From contig NC_082714.1 in assembly GCF_030144855.1 (NCBI RefSeq), positions 154,690,001 to 154,754,000 of the forward strand: 64,000 nucleotides of DNA, written 5' to 3'. Every line of letters starts with the position of its first letter. Position 1 is the stretch's first letter. Source of the stretch: Hypanus sabinus. Its lineage: Eukaryota. The notes under the pieces are model-generated. The model was not told where the DNA came from and did not search any database. It saw only the letters and a program-made list of their open reading frames with translations. A program made the position numbers and the translations under genes. This document shows, piece by piece, positions 13,435 to 27,977 of this stretch.

Positions 13435-14000
13435 TTTTGATTCAAGATTGTTTAATGTCATTTCCAGTACTCAAGTGTAAAGGAAAATGAGGTCATCATT
13501 ACTCTAGATCCATTGCAGCACAGAAAAAAAACACGATAAGATAAACAACACAATAATAAAAAAATAAATATAAATATATGAGATTGGCTTCTATACATTG
13601 ATTTTATGTCCATAAAGTGACACTAGGCACATGAGTGTCTATACATCAGGTAGCTGACAGGAAATGATAAAGTAATGGTGGGTTGGTGGGTGGAGGTGTT
13701 GATCAGCCCTACTGCTTGGGAAAGTAACTTTTTGAGTGTGGTGGTCCTAGCGTGGATACTAGGTAGCAGCCTCTCTAATGGGAGTGGGGCAACAGTAGTT
13801 GAGCAGAGTGGGTGGGGTCCTTTATGATGTAACTGGTCCTTTTGCAAAAGCTTTCTGTATATATGTCCTTGATGGTGGGTAGGCTGATGCCACTGATGCA
13901 TTGGGCAGTTTTGGCTACCTGTTGACCACCGCAGTACAGTTTCAGTATCATGTAGTTTTGATGTGGTATGCATTGGAGAATCAATGTGCTGGACTTTTGC
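13435..14000 (-). mobile_element. Rex1-like LINE 3' fragment
   Basis: KTAQCISGISLPTIKDIY...IIKDPTH translation. Confidence 0.7.
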
Positions 14001-15731
14001 AGGTATCACTTGTGTTGAAGAGAAAGATTAACTTTTTGTCAAGTGCATCAAAAAATACAGTGAAATATGTCATTTGCCTCAACGACCAACACAGACCAAG
14101 AATGTGCTGGGGATACCCCACAAGTGTTACCATGCTTCCAGCACCAATGTAGCATGCTCACAACTAACTATCCTTAACCCGTATGTCTTTGCAATGTGGA
14201 AAGAAACATGAGTGGTCATGGGGAGAACATACAAGCTCCTTACTGTCAGCATGGGGACTGGGGACTGAACACTGACCTTTCAATTGCTGGTGCTGATAAC
14301 CTGTATGGAGAGGAGTTTACAACACCTTTTCTGTGCAGGTGCTGTTTTGTGTGAGCATGTTCTAATATTTCTCTGCCTTGGCTAACAAAACTTGCAATAG
14401 AGCTTTTAAAATCAGACTTCCCACCAGATGTGTCATTTTATAAAATCAGATTCATTTGAGACTTCTCCCTTCATTGGCTTGGACATTTGGATTTGGTGGT
14501 TGCTTTATGGCGATAGAACAAACCTCAGTCCTCCAGTTAGACATCATCCGCCTGCTGCAGCAATTGATGGGTTGAGCTTAGTGATGATGATCACCACCTA
14601 TAAGGTGAAGGACTCTACACAAGCAACCTGCAAATTTCACATCCCCAAACACATTGCAAGCTTTGAGCCCCTTTGAAACTTCACTGTGTAAATCTAATGC
14701 CGATCTTTATGGCTGAAATCCAGAACTTCCAGAAGACATGCTAAACCAAAGTTGATATTTGTCCTTCAACCCTTGGTTTGAACTGGGAAAGAGAGGAAGC
14801 ATATTGGTTAAAATTGGCCAGATTGTTATAAGTGGTATATATCTTGATGTAGAAGCCAAGTTTCTCATCTAACAATGGAAATTTTGTGCCATTGATCCTG
14901 AGAATTGAAATTGAATTCAGCTTTATTTTCTTTAGATACCAAATACTAGTACAAAAAAAAAGTTTTGTTTCATGAATGGTAAATGTGAAACTACTGGATT
15001 ATCACCAGAATCCACAGGAAGACTATCTTCTTAGTCTGCCCATAATCTGATACCAAATCCACTAATGCGTTTGATTTTTTTTAAACTGTTTCCTATCTTT
15101 GGGGTAGTTAGGGGTGGTCATTTAATGCTAACGTTGTACACACCCCATCAACGCATGGTTAGCTAATAAATTGAAAGTGGGAGGAATAGGGGCAAAACTT
15201 GCCATTATACATACATAGTGTGTGAAGGGGAATTTAATTGTTTATGTTCCTGCTATTAATGGTCATTATGAGCAATGTTTGAACACAGACAATATGCTGG
15301 AGAAGCTCCATAGGTCAGGCAGCATCTATGGAAAGGAGTAAGCAGTTGATGTACTGAAACTGGAAAGGAAGGGGCGGAAGCCAGAATTAGATGGAGGGAG
15401 CAGAAGGAGTTAAAGCTGGCCAGTGATGGGTGAGGCCAGGTGAGGGGGAATGTAGGTGGTTGCAGGAAGGAGGGTTAAGTAAGAAGCTGGGAAGTGATAG
15501 GTGGGAAAGTTAAAGGACTGAAGGAGGAGGAATCCGTTGGGAGAGGAGAGTGGACCATGGGAGAAAGGGAAGGAGGAGGGGCACCATTTCAAAAGTGCTT
15601 CTGAATCCAGGGATTGAAAAACTGCATCTAAAAATAGCATTTGTTTGTTATCTTGGCTTATACTTAATATAATCCAAGATGAATGTCCACTGAGCTGTTT
15701 ATTATTTAAGAATATTTTCTTTTGTTTTTAG

Positions 15732-15797
15732 CACCCCAAGTTGTTCCAGAGCAAATATCCCCCAATTCAGTGCAACAAGGGACCACAGTGAAAAATG
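15732..15797 (+). CDS. NCOA6: NCOA6 small exon (PQVVPEQISPNSVQQGTTVKN), 66 nt
   Basis: tttgtttttag| acceptor, AATG|gtaaga donor, phase 1-1; positional counterpart of human APSQNLVSKE... Confidence 0.75.
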
Positions 15798-16615
15798 GTA
15801 AGATGGTGCATTCAAAACATTAATCTCCAAATAACTGGAAAGAAACATTTCATCCTCCAAGTAGTAACACTCCTTTACAACTAGTATAATGATGCATATG
15901 AGTTTGGACTGTGTTAATATCACAGTTTAACAGTGCTATGTCTATTTGCATCAAAAACATTCATGAGAACTTCCCTGATGTCCATCCATTCTGAGCCATT
16001 AAGGGTTTATGTTTGATCTCTGGTCTGTAATGAGTTCGCAGCTCTGAGCTGAAGCATCAGAGGGATTCTAAAGCTGGTATGGAAACAAAATAATTGTTTG
16101 AGATCCTTGGTGGTATGTTCAACAAACAACCCACTTGGTGAATTGTAACGGTAACACAGATGCCATTTAAGTTGGCTGTGAACTCCTGTACCGCGGTAGC
16201 ACGCACAAAATGCTGGAGGACCTCAGTAGATAAGGCAACTTTTTCCCCCTTCCTTTCCAGTCCTGATGGAGGGTCTTGGCCTGAAACATCGACTTTGTAT
16301 TCCTTTCAGTAGATACTGCCTGACCTGCTGACTCTGTGTTACTTTGGATTTCCAGCATATGCAGAATGTCTTGTGTTCCTGTACCATGATTTAGCTTCCA
16401 TGGTCAGCCATGTCATTGAAAAGTGGGTAAGACTCAATGAGTTTTACAGCCTTTTCCTTGTGAGCTTTTGTGTTTCTTGTTCGTCTTCCCCATTTTGTTG
16501 CAGACTTTCTTTATAAAAAGTGGATTGATGCTTAACAGCTATAAAGGATTTTTCAAGCAAGCATTTTGCTGTCAAAATAACGATCCATTAAGCAGATTTT
16601 GTTTTGTATGTGCAG

Positions 16616-16652
16616 GAGAAGACTTGAATGTTGCAAATGAAGTGTCTCAGAG
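16616..16652 (+). CDS. NCOA6: NCOA6 micro-exon (GEDLNVANEVSQS), 37 nt
   Basis: tgtgcag| acceptor, CAGAG|gtaggt donor, phase 1-2; similar to human ELEVNAAIVSGQS; supplies the frame needed for the next exon. Confidence 0.8.
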
Positions 16653-16754
16653 GTAGGTGTATATATACAATCATTAATATAATGAAATTCAGAGATTCAG
16701 AGATTTAAGTATTGATTCACAACCTTTGATTAAACCTTTAACCTTTGATTAAAG

Positions 16755-17250
16755 ATTGTAGTTAGAAAAGCATATGGTGCAATGGCCTTCATCATTCGTG
16801 GGATTGAGTTTGGGAGCTGAGAGGTAATGTTGCAGCTATAAAGGACCCTGGTCAGACCCCACTTGGAGTACTGTGCTCAGTTCTGGTTGTCTCACTACAG
16901 GAAGGATGTGGAAACCATAGAAAGGGTGCAGAGGGTGCAACATCCTTTACAAGGATGTTGCCTGGATTGGGGAGTATACCTTATGGGAATAGTATGAGTG
17001 AACTCAGCCTTTTTTCCTTGGAGCGAGGGAGGATAGTGGTGTATAAGATGATGAGAGGCATTGATCGTTTGGGTAGTCAGAGGCTTTTTCCTAGGGCTGA
17101 AATGGCTTGCACGAGAGGGCACAGTTTTAAGGTGCTTAAGGTTTTTTACGCGGAGAGTGGTGCGTGCGTGTAATGGGCTGGCAGCGATGGTGGTGGAGCC
17201 AGATACAATGTATCTCAGGTAAGGGCCTGTATTGTGCTGTAGGTTTTCTA
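16755..17250 (+). mobile_element. CR1/HER1-like LINE 3' fragment
   Basis: LVRPHLEYC-type motif region and CR1 C-terminal residues. Confidence 0.8.
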
Positions 17251-18884
17251 TGTTTCTATGCTTTTAGTTGAACTGTAGAAAATTTCCAGTGCAGAAGACT
17301 GTGTTTCTAAAATTTCCAAGTATATTAGGCATGAATACATTCCTATAGTCATAGAACACTCCAGCACAGAAGCAGGCTCTTCAGCCCAACTAGTCCATGC
17401 CAAACTGTTTATCTGCTTAGACCTATTGATCTGCACCCTGACCATAGCCCTCCCTACCCCTCCCATCCATGTACATATCCAAATTTCTCCCAAATATTGA
17501 AATCAAACCTCTGTCCACCACTTACACTGACAGCTCATTCTATGTTCTCACCACCCTTGAAATTCCGCCTCGTTTTCTTTCCCCTTAAACATTTCGCATT
17601 TCACTTTTAACCTGTGACCTCTAGTTCTGGTCTCACCCAACCTCAGTGGAAAATGCCTGTGTGCATTTAGCTTGTCATTTAAAGTAAAATTGGATAGGTA
17701 TATAGACAGGAAAGGAATGGAGGGTTATGGGCTGAGTGCAGGTCAGTGGGACTAGGTGAGAGTAAGCGTTCGGCAGGGACTAGAAGGGCCGAGATGGCCT
17801 GTTTCCTTACTGTAATTGTTATATATGGTTAATCAATTAAGTAATTCCTCTACACTCCAATCAATTTTAATATTTTGTTGTTTGAAGTTGGGTGACACTG
17901 TAGTGTAGTGGTTAACACAAAGCTTTACGATACAGGCAAACCCCAGTTCAGTTTCCACCACTGCATATAGTGAGTTTGCGTTCTCGCCATGATTGTGTGG
18001 GTTTCCTCAGGGTGCTCTGGTTTCTTCCCACAATCCAAAGACATTCTGGTTGGTAGGTTAATTGGTCTTTGTAAATTGTCCTGTAATTAGGCTAGGATTA
18101 AATTGGAGCATTGGTGAGCGGCATGGCCCAGTGGGTCAGAAAGGCCTATTCTGTGCTGTATCACAATAAATAAATAAACATTTACAGCAGCAGGCTGTTC
18201 ATTACCACCCATAGCTCCATAGATTTAAAAAAAATCTTCTGTACAAAACAATTGTTCAACTTCTCAGCCCACTACTGGTGACCTAATTGAGTTTTGGAGC
18301 CTTTCTAAAATGCAGGCTCTAATGCTACATTGAACAGCTCTGAATTCTTACATTTAATGTTATCTTCTGGTACAATAGTTTAAAGTTGCTTTTTTGTGAC
18401 TTTTCTGGGAGAAAAAGCAATGTAAATTTTTAGCAAAACAGGGATTTTGTAAAAGTTGTGATCTGTAGGTAACACAAACACTTCAGTTCTATCTTACAAT
18501 GAGGCATACTCTGCCTGTCTCAAAATTCTTTTCATTTATATCAACATAGAGTCAGTTTTGGACACGCCTGCATCTCAAGTCATTGTCACCAATTGGATGG
18601 TTAATTCAGATTTCTTCACCATCAAGTTAAGAGAATGGGGAGATTCCCATGGGCAACTGAACAGAGATTGATTTATTGTCTTGTGTTGAACTATTTGACC
18701 TCAGTTTAAGCGATTCTTTTACCATGGAGTGTTGTGGTCAAGAGGCACAATTGTCTGCTGTTGATTGAAATGCAAATTCTGACTATTCAGTGGCAAAGTC
18801 TATTTACGGCCATTGTCCTAAAAGTCACCCAACCATTTATTACCATTAGTTGAGGTCTTGTTTACATGAAAATCAGAGCTCATT

Positions 18885-19745
18885 GCTTTTAAGACAAGGG
18901 TGGGAAAGGTTAGATTCTAGAAGTGGATGGTTGGCTGCCACTGACTAGTGGTGTTCCACAGGGATCTGCGTTGGGATTGATTCTTTTTACATTATATGTC
19001 AATGATTCAGATGATGGAATTGATGGCTTTTGTTGCAAAGTTTAGACAATGTAAGATAGATGGAAGGACGTGCACAGATTAGACAAATGCACAAAGAGGT
19101 GGCAAATGGAATACGGTATCAGGAAGTATATGGTCATGCAGTTTGGTAGTAGACTTTTTTCTAAAGGGAGAGAAAGTTCAAAAAACTGAGGTGCAAAGTG
19201 CTTGTGCAGGATTCCCTGAAGGTTAATTTGCAGGTTGAGTTAGTGGTGAGGAAGGGAAATGCAAAGTTAGCATTCATTTTGAGAGGACTAGAATATAAAA
19301 GCAAGGATGTAATGTTGAGGCTTTATAAGGCACTGGTGAGGCCTCACTTCAAGTATTATGAGCAGTTTTGGGCCCCTGAGAAATGATGTGCTGAAATTGG
19401 AAAGGTTCAAAGGAAGTGATTCCAGGATTGAACGACTGTCATGAAGAGTGTTTGATGGCTCTGGGTATGTATTCACTAGAATTCAGAAGAATGAGGGATG
19501 ACCTCATTGAAACCTATTGAATAGTGAAAGGCCTTGATAGAGTGGATGTGGAGAGGATGTTTTGTATGGTGGGAGAGTCCAAGACCAGAGGACATAGCTT
19601 CAAAATAGAAAGACATTCTTAAGGCAGAGGTTGATAGATTCTTGATTTGTCAGGGCATGAAGTGATACGAGGAGAAGGAAAGAGATTGGGGCTGAGAGGG
19701 AAAATGGATCAAATGGCCAAATTCTGCTCGTATGTCTTGTGGACC
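18885..19745 (+). mobile_element. CR1/HER1-like LINE fragment
   Basis: SGVPQG-type RT motif; LAFILRGLEYKSKDVMLRLYKALVRPH. Confidence 0.85.
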
Positions 19746-19852
19746 TCCAGTGTTATGACTGAAACAAAAATCGCACCTATAAATGGTTTTGCTTTTTGTA
19801 CAAATTGCCAGTCTGTTTTAAGCATTTTCTCATTTCTCTTTTTACCCGATAG

Positions 19853-20010
19853 TGAAGCAAAAAGTACTCTAGAGAAATCGAAAAGCCCTACTAGAAAAAA
19901 CTCAAGAAGTGAAAAGGAGAGCGAGGAGGCTTCAACTCTTCAGGAATCTTCTGACAATGGGCAACGGAAGAGGGCTTCACGACCAGGCTCTACAACGGGG
20001 GGCATAAAAG
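19853..20010 (+). CDS. NCOA6: NCOA6 penultimate coding exon (EAKSTLEKSKSPTRKNSRSE...DNGQRKRASRPGS...IK)
   Basis: Matches human EKSKIPGRRNSRTEE...ENGHRKRSSRPAS; gatag| acceptor, AAAG|gtaat donor, phase 2-1. Confidence 0.92.
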
Positions 20011-21029
20011 GTAATCCTCCTGTTGCTATTTTATTTGTTGTATATTTACTTAGAGAAACAGCATAATAACGGGCCCTTCCAGGCTGACGAGTCCACACCC
20101 ACCCTAGACCACCCTGAAGAAACTCATGCAATCATGCACAGAACGTACAAACTCCTTTCAGACGGAATTGAACTCAGGTTACTGGTGCTGTAATAGTTTG
20201 CATTCATTGCTACGCTAACAGAATGACCTAAATAATCCCAGCTTTTAATATGCCCAGATTCTTGCTACAGTGGTAAAGTAATAGAAACCCACTGCCAGCC
20301 ACCATGCCAATCTATACTAATGCCACTAACTGCATTAATTCCACATCCTTCTGCCTTGCTCACTTGAGTACCTGTTCAGTTGCCTTTTAAATATTTTTCC
20401 CAACACTGACTTGTCATCTAGAATGACCAACTTTGTATGAAAAATTTACCCCTCAGATTCCCCTTAGACCTCCTCCCGCTCACCTTGAACCCATGCTCTT
20501 TAGTTTTAGATAATCCTACCATGGGAAACGGACACTGGTCTCCACAGACTATTGGTGCCTCCCATAATTTCATATACCTCGTGTCACATCACTTCTCTGC
20601 ATCTTTCGCTGCAGGGAAAAAAATAAACACCCAGCTTATCCGATGTTCCCTCTAATTTATAATGACCAGTGTGTGTAATTTTTTGCTCAATGACAACAAT
20701 GTGTACACTGAACAGTTTCTTTAATAAAAATAGTATAAATAAGCCAATTCTAAAGTCTGCAGACAAATCATCACAAACTCCATTGTCAACACCGTCCGCA
20801 TCAGAAACCGGAAAAGGAAATGTGTGTACGATTGTGAAATATACTTAACACACCAGTGAGGTAGAGGGTAGCAACCTTTTGTGCACAGTTTAAATTCCTT
20901 TTGTACACTTGTAGCAAAAGATGTGTGTGCTCACACAGACACATACCTTAGAGGGAACATGGAGCCCATCCATTCTCTCCTTACAGCTCAAGCACTTAAA
21001 GCCAGACAACATCTTTGTGAATCTTGTCG

Positions 21030-22370
21030 GCTCCATCTTTCCCATAGCATGGCAACCAGAATTGCGCACAGCACTCCATGCAGTTAATAACTAACACTTT
21101 GTACAATTGTAACATGAGTTCCAAGCTCCGTACCTCAGCTGATGATGTCAAACATGCCATATGTTGCTTTCATCCATCTGTTCACCTGTTTGTTACATTC
21201 AGGAACTGCACTTGTATCTCAAGGTCTCTCTTCAATGACACTCCCTGAGGCCCAGCTATTCACGGTGTATGTCAGAATCGGGTTTATTATCACTGACATG
21301 TTTTAAAGTTTATTGTTTCTTATTATAATTTATAACATTTTATATTTTGCAGCAGTACAGTGAAATACAATGTTATAAATTATTGAAAATGCTTAAATAA
21401 AATAAGTGTAAAAGAGAGTTTTTTTAAAAAATGAGGTAGTATTTGTGGGTTCTTTGTCTGTTCAACAATCTGATGGCAGAGGGGAAGAAGCCATTCCTAA
21501 AACATTAAATGTTTATCTTCAGACTTGGCTCTGATGGCAGTAATGAGAAGGGTACATGTTCTGGGTGCTTTGGCTTAACTTTCTAAATGCATCATTGCAT
21601 ATATGTATGAGTTGTATTATATCTGCCATTTCTGTGCCCACTTCCCTTGCTGTTCCGTAACATGTAACTTTGAACAACCTTCTCATTGTCCATGATACCA
21701 ATAATTTTGGTGTAATCTGTGGGCTTGCTAATCTTGCCACTTGCATTCTCATTCAAAACATTACTATTTACGACCTGTATATGGACCCAGCACCGATCTC
21801 TGTAGGACATAATTGAATTCAAGACGATCTGAAAAGCAACCACCCTCTTCCAATAGCTACTACCGTCTTCTGCCTCCCAGTATTAAGCAAATTTTGTATC
21901 CAGTTTGCTATTATGCCTTCAATCCACTGTCCCAACCTTCCAGACTAGCCTACCGTGCAGGATGTTGTCAGAGGACTTGCTAAAGTCTGTATAGACTGTC
22001 TATAACTACCTATCCATGGCTTTAGACAACTACCCAAAAAAACTGATTAAATTGATGAGACATAATTTCCTGTGCACAAAACCATGCTGACTTGCTTTAA
22101 TAGCCCTAGTCTTTCCAGATGCAAATAAACCCTGTGTCAGAATCTCTTTCAATAACTTTCCCATTAGTGGTGCAAAGTTCAAGCATGTGGTTCCCTGCCT
22201 TCTGCCTGTTGTCCTCAAAGGCACAACATGATCTATCTTGCAGCCATCTTGTACCTTGTCTGTAGCTAGAGATACAAAAACTTGTACCAAGGCCCCAGCA
22301 ACATCTTTCCTTGCCTCCCATAACACTCTAGGATATACTTGATCTGGCCGAGGCGATATATTGACCATTC
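21030..22370 (-). mobile_element. CR1-like LINE fragments (with nested repeats)
   Basis: PDQVYPRVLWEA...SQHGFVHRKLCLINLISFF. Confidence 0.75.
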
Positions 22371-22521
22371 TTCATAATTGATAGCATAATGGTTAGCACA
22401 ATGCTATTATGGCTCAGGGCGTCAGAGTTCAGAGTTCAATTCTGACACTGAAGTTTCCACGTCCTTTCCATGAGCGCATAGGTTTCCTCCCACAGTTCAA
22501 AGACATACTGGTTAGTAGGTT

Positions 22522-23622
22522 ACACACACACAAAATGCTGCAGGAACTCATCAGGCCAGGTAGCATCTATGGAAAACAGTACAGTTGACACTTCAGGTTG
22601 AGACCCTTCAGCAGGACTGGAGAAAAAGAAAGATGAGTAGATTTAAAAGGGGAGGGGAGGAAGAAACACAAAGTAATGGATGAAACTGGGAGGGGGAATG
22701 TTGAAGTAAACAGCAAGTTGAATGGTGAAAGAGATACAGAGCTGGAGAGGGGAGACTCTAATAGGAGAGGATAGAAAGCCATGGAAGAAAGAGAAAAGGG
22801 GTGGAGCACCAGAGGGAGGCAATGGGCAGGCAGGAAATAATGTGAGAGAGGGAATGGGGGTGTGGCCATTACAGGAAGCTAGAGGTATCGATGTTCATGC
22901 CATTAGGTTGGAGGCTGCCCAGACTGAATGTAAGGTATTATTCCTCCAACCTGAGTGTGGCCTCATCACGATAGTAGAAGAGGCCATGGATAGTCTGGAT
23001 AGAATGGGAAGTGGAATTGAAGTGGGTGGCCACTGGGAGATCCAGCTTTTTCCGGCGAACGGAGTGTAGGTGCTCGGGGAAGTGGCCTCTCAAACTAAGT
23101 CGGGTCTCACCGATATATGAGGCCACATTGGGTGTACGAGATACAGTAGATGGCCCCAACAGACTCACAGGTGAAGTGTTGCCTCACCTGGAAGGACTGT
23201 TTGGGGCCCTGAGTGGTGGTGAGGGAGGAGTTGTAGGGGCAGGTGTAGAACTTGTTCTGCTCGCAAGGATAAGACCAGGAGGGAGGGACAAATGGACGAG
23301 GGAGTTTCATAGGGAGAGATTCCTGCAGAAAGTTGGGGGGGGGGGGGGTGGGGAGAGGAGAGGTTGTGCTTGGTCGTGGCTTCCCATTGGAGATGGCAGA
23401 AGTTCTGGAGAATTATGTCCTGAATGAGGAGGCTGGTGGAGTGGTAGATGAGGAACCCTTTCCCTAGTAGTGTGGCAGGTGGTTGTGGTGAGGGCAGACG
23501 TATGTGAAATGGAAGAGATGCGGTTTTGAGGTCAGCCTTGATGGAGGAAGGGACGCCCCTTTCTTTGAAGCAAGAGGACATCATTTTCATTCTGGAATGA
23601 AAAGCCTCATCCTGCAAGCAGA
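22522..23622 (-). mobile_element. Penelope-like element, 3' fragment (GIY-YIG endonuclease + pLTR/hammerhead tail)
   Basis: QHFTCESVGAIYCI...CGLIY / YIGETRLSLRGHFPEHLHSVRRKK...VATHFNS is the PLE GIY-YIG domain with its CCHH motif; frameshifted. Confidence 0.88.
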
Positions 23623-23757
23623 TGCTCTCACCACCAAGCACATCTTCCCCTTCCCCACACCCCCTCCACTTTCTGCGTTCTGCAAGATTCACTCCCTACG
23701 TGACTCCCTTGTCCATTCATCAATCCCCACTGATCTCCCTCTTGGCACTTATCCTTG

Positions 23758-24295
23758 TGTAATTTTCAGATCGGTTAGCGGCTCAATCTGGGGGAAGGAC
23801 TACCCTCAGTCCGGCCAAACTTAAGAAATCTCGTTTGGGTAGATGCTGCATGATGTGTCCCCTGTTACAAATCAGTACCACAAAATAACAAAGTACACAT
23901 TGTGATTAAGTGATTGAGCTTTATAATTCTTAATTTGACTATATGGTTAGTAAAGAATCAAAAAAAGAAAAGGGCCCATTCTCATGAAACATTCTAATGC
24001 GCAATGTTGGAGCTCACTGATAAGACTGTTTGTCCACCATCGACCTCCTCCGATTTTTGCTGACCTTCGGTCCCTCACTCCAAGTCCACTCCAACCGGCG
24101 GTCTACCAGCTCTCTCCATTTGCGTTTTCTCATCTCTCCCCAGCAAAAAACCATGAAATTCCTGCTCCCAGACTCAGAAGAAAAAACAACATCCCTCTCA
24201 TTGGATAGCCCACATTCCAAAGCCCATTATCTCTAGTAACACTGCTGCTACAGAGAAACCATTACATTAGCAGTGAAATCTTACAGCACGTTGTA
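23758..24295 (-). repeat. 3' LTR of the Gypsy element (~540 bp), with polypurine tract at ~24296-24307
   Basis: 24185-24295 is homologous to 29480-29586; PPT GGTGGGGGAAAG on the minus strand abuts the LTR. Confidence 0.85.
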
Positions 24296-27200
24296 CTTTC
24301 CCCCACCAAATTTAGTCATGTCCTCATGACGTTGAGATAATTCACCGACCCTTCCTGCAAAACACAAAGTCCAATCCAGGTGCACAAGGCAGTGACTTAT
24401 CTCCCCAAAATGGTCATGCTTTGTTCCCCAGGTGCTACATAGGCCAGTCTATCTGGTAGTCTCCTAATTCTTTGAGACCTCTGCACCCCCTCACCTAACA
24501 CTTCAGGTTCAGACATTACTGGGGATACTTCTGGACTATTTGGAGAGGCCTCCCCTGACCTATCACTCATGGCCACCTGCAACTCAGACCCCTCGGTCCC
24601 ATGCCCAAGCCCCACTTCATCCCTTGCAGGGTCCCACTGCAACCCAGGTTGCCTACAGATAGCCCGCCCCCTCCCAGCCCCACTTCACCTGACTCAGCGG
24701 GAGAAGGACTGGAACTCTCTTCCTTAATGGTGAGTTAGCAAAAGGCAGCATATACCACACATCCAGATCCTCATCCTCAGATTCAGTATCCCTTGCAGGG
24801 GTGGGGTCGGCCTAATCTCTCCTGCTGTGGACTCTGCAGTTGCCCTGTGTTTCCGCAGAGTCCTCTTACTAGGTGTAGTCTCCGAGTCTGGCTGTGGGTC
24901 TACCTGCACCTCTTGTCCCAGGGGCAGCAGGTGGTTCTGGTGGAGCACCTTGACAGGCCCATTCCCATTCTTCAGTTTGACTCCACCTGCTCTTCTTGCT
25001 GATCTCCAGGGTCCCAAACATGTCTAGCAAGATCCGATTAAACCTCTCGGGCTGCGAATCACCTTGTGAATGAAAGGGCATGGTCCTCGGCTTCTCAACT
25101 CCAAGCATGCCCAGTAATTCATGGATGAGTCTGCTCTTGAAACCCCATCCCTGATCACTATGTATCTGCCTGGGAAGGCCATAATAAATGAAATACTTTT
25201 CCCATAACATTTTGGCCACTGTAGACGCCCTCTGTTCCTTGGTATGAAAAGCCTGTGCACATCTGGTTCTATTGACAGGAAATCCATACACACCAGGTCC
25301 AGGGGCCCGCACTCTGCAAGTGGGACAAGGGAGTTGCTCACGTAGGCAGTGTCTTCTGCCGTATGCATTGAATGCACGACTTACAGTATTCTTCAACCTC
25401 CAACTTCATTCGGGCCCAGTAAAACCAGTCTCCGAGCAATCCATAGATTTCTTCCACCCCCGAATGTCCAGAATCATCATGAAGTGCTTTCGAATGTAAT
25501 CCACCAATACTTCTCCAGCAGAACCAGCTGGCAACGCCGAGGTCAATCTGGGGTGACATGACTCAGTGTAGGATCTGGTTCCGTACCTCCAACTGAGGCC
25601 ATTCTCTCAGTAATGGAGGCACTGCCATGTGTTTTGACTTCTCTGCCTGAGTCATGTCTCCCTTTTTGACTGCTGACCCAATGATACAGGTGCCTGGGTC
25701 ATTAGCTGAGCCACTGCCGCTTCCCCAGAACTCAGTTCTGGCAACTGATTTGTCTTCAGAGCAGTCAGGTTACAGTAAACTTGGGGAAGAATGGCGTCAT
25801 CAGAAGCCCCCAATTGATCCACTGCTGGATCCTGCCCCTCCTTTCTCTCTGTCTTTATAGCGATGGCAAACTGACCCATGGCCTTCACCCCTGTGGCAGG
25901 AACGCTCTCCCACTCCTCGTCCCTGACCAGTCCCTCATGTGCCCTTTGGGACAAAGCATCAGCATCAGTGTTCCTGCTTCCCGGCCGGTAGTTCAGCCTG
26001 AAACCATAGTCAGACGATGCCACCTACCACCAATGGTCTGTGACATCCAGTTTCGCCGAGGTCAGGATACAAGTTTAGGGGGTTGTTGTCTGTCCTCACC
26101 TCAAACTTGGCCCCGTAGAGATAGTCACTCAGCTTATCCACCACCACCCATTTCAATGCCAGAAACTCCAACTTGTGCATGGGATAGTGTTTCTCAGAGG
26201 GCGACAGACTCTGGCTGACAACTGCAATGGGTCTTAACCTGGTGCCCTGATACAGACGCCCCCTAATCCCTATCGGCTGGCATCCGTGTGCAGTACATAC
26301 GGCAATCGGAGGTCCACAAAAGCCAGCACCGGCGCCTGGGTCAGCAATTCCTTCAGCCACTGAAAGATTTCCTCACAATTTGCATCCCACCTCAGTCCAA
26401 AGGGCTCCGACAGGCTAAGATACACCCTCCTGTCCTCTTCTCCCCCTCCCTTTCTTCCCCAAGAGAGGGCAACCAAGAGGCTGATTCAACAGGTGACTCA
26501 CTTTTGAGTACCCTTTCATGAAGCTCCGGTAGTACTGAACCCAAGGAACAAGCGCACAGTCTGGGGTCTTGGCCAGGTGGTCACTGTCTCTATCTTAGCC
26601 ATATCTTTAGCTAGTCCATCCTTTGAGACTATGTGCCCAACATAGCTAACAGACGTTTGGCAGAACTGGCACTTGTCCAGGGAAAGTTTTAACCCTTTAG
26701 CTTTCAGGCATCCCAGCAGCTTCAGCAGCCTCGCTTCATGTTCTTCCAAGGTGGATCCAAACACTGAGGTCATCCAGATATACTAATACCTCAAGCAAGT
26801 TCATATCCCCCACCGTCTTCTCCATGACCCGCTGGAAGATTGCAGGGGCTCTAGATATGCCCTGGGGCATCCTTTTGAACTGGAAAAATCCCAGGGGACA
26901 CACAAGTGTCATCTTCTCTTTGTCGTCCTCACTTATGGGAGTCTGGTAATATCCACTCCTCAAGTCCAGCACACTGAATCACTTTGCACCACTCAGGCAG
27001 GGCAGCACGTCTTCAAACCTCGGGACCATATACTCGGCGGGGACGGTGCACCTGTTCAGTGTCCTGTAGTTCACACACATCTATACGAAGGTGACCTTCC
27101 TCTTCGTAATGTTTCTGACAATCACTGCCATCCTGCTTACCTGTACAACTGAGGGCTTCTGCAAGTTGGGCCTCACCAGTACCCCAGCAGGAACTTCTGA

Positions 27201-27977
27201 CTACCTCTCATGCTCTTTCAGAGTGATGGGGACCTCCAAATTTCCTAGAGTGCCTGGTCTTACCCTCAGGCACTCCAGGAAATTTGAGGGTCCCCATCGC
27301 TCTCGCTACTTCCCTGGGCCATACTGCCATTGTCTTCGACTTTGTAGACCACACAGTCCCTCATCTAAATTCGGTATCTGGCCAGTGCAGCCACGCACTT
27401 CCTCAAAAGCAGCTTGAAGCCCAGGTGCACGGACAGTGTTCCCAGAAAGCTCTCGCCAGCCTTCTCCTTGCAGGCCCCCACGAGCCTCCTGACCAGAGAA
27501 GTGTTGGTCCGCACCAGGATTGAAACGCTGCCCTTCTTAACAGGGTCCGGACAAACCAGTACCAATGTATCAAGGACTTCAGCCACTCCCACATCAGCCT
27601 CCAAGAACTCCAGTTTCACTGACAAATAACCGTCATATGGATAATCACTGGCACTAAGCCCCCAAATCTCCAGTGCCCTGAATGGGGTCAATGGTAAATG
27701 CTTCAGATACTGGGTGTAAATCGAATGGTACAACATGACCTGCAACCCGGTGTCGAGTATGGCTTTAGCATAAATACCCTCTTTTTGTAGCAACACGCTG
27801 GAACATGGTCCCACTAAGGCTTCAGGAAGAGCCTTTTGCTTTCAGGGGTTCCTTGGTATATTGCTGGGAATGTGTTCCCCTAGAGACACCAGGCTGTTCC
27901 CTCACTGGGTCTCTTCTAAGTTTTCCCAATGACTCTCCCTGCTGAGGTACCTGGGAGCTCACTCTCCTTCTGGCATG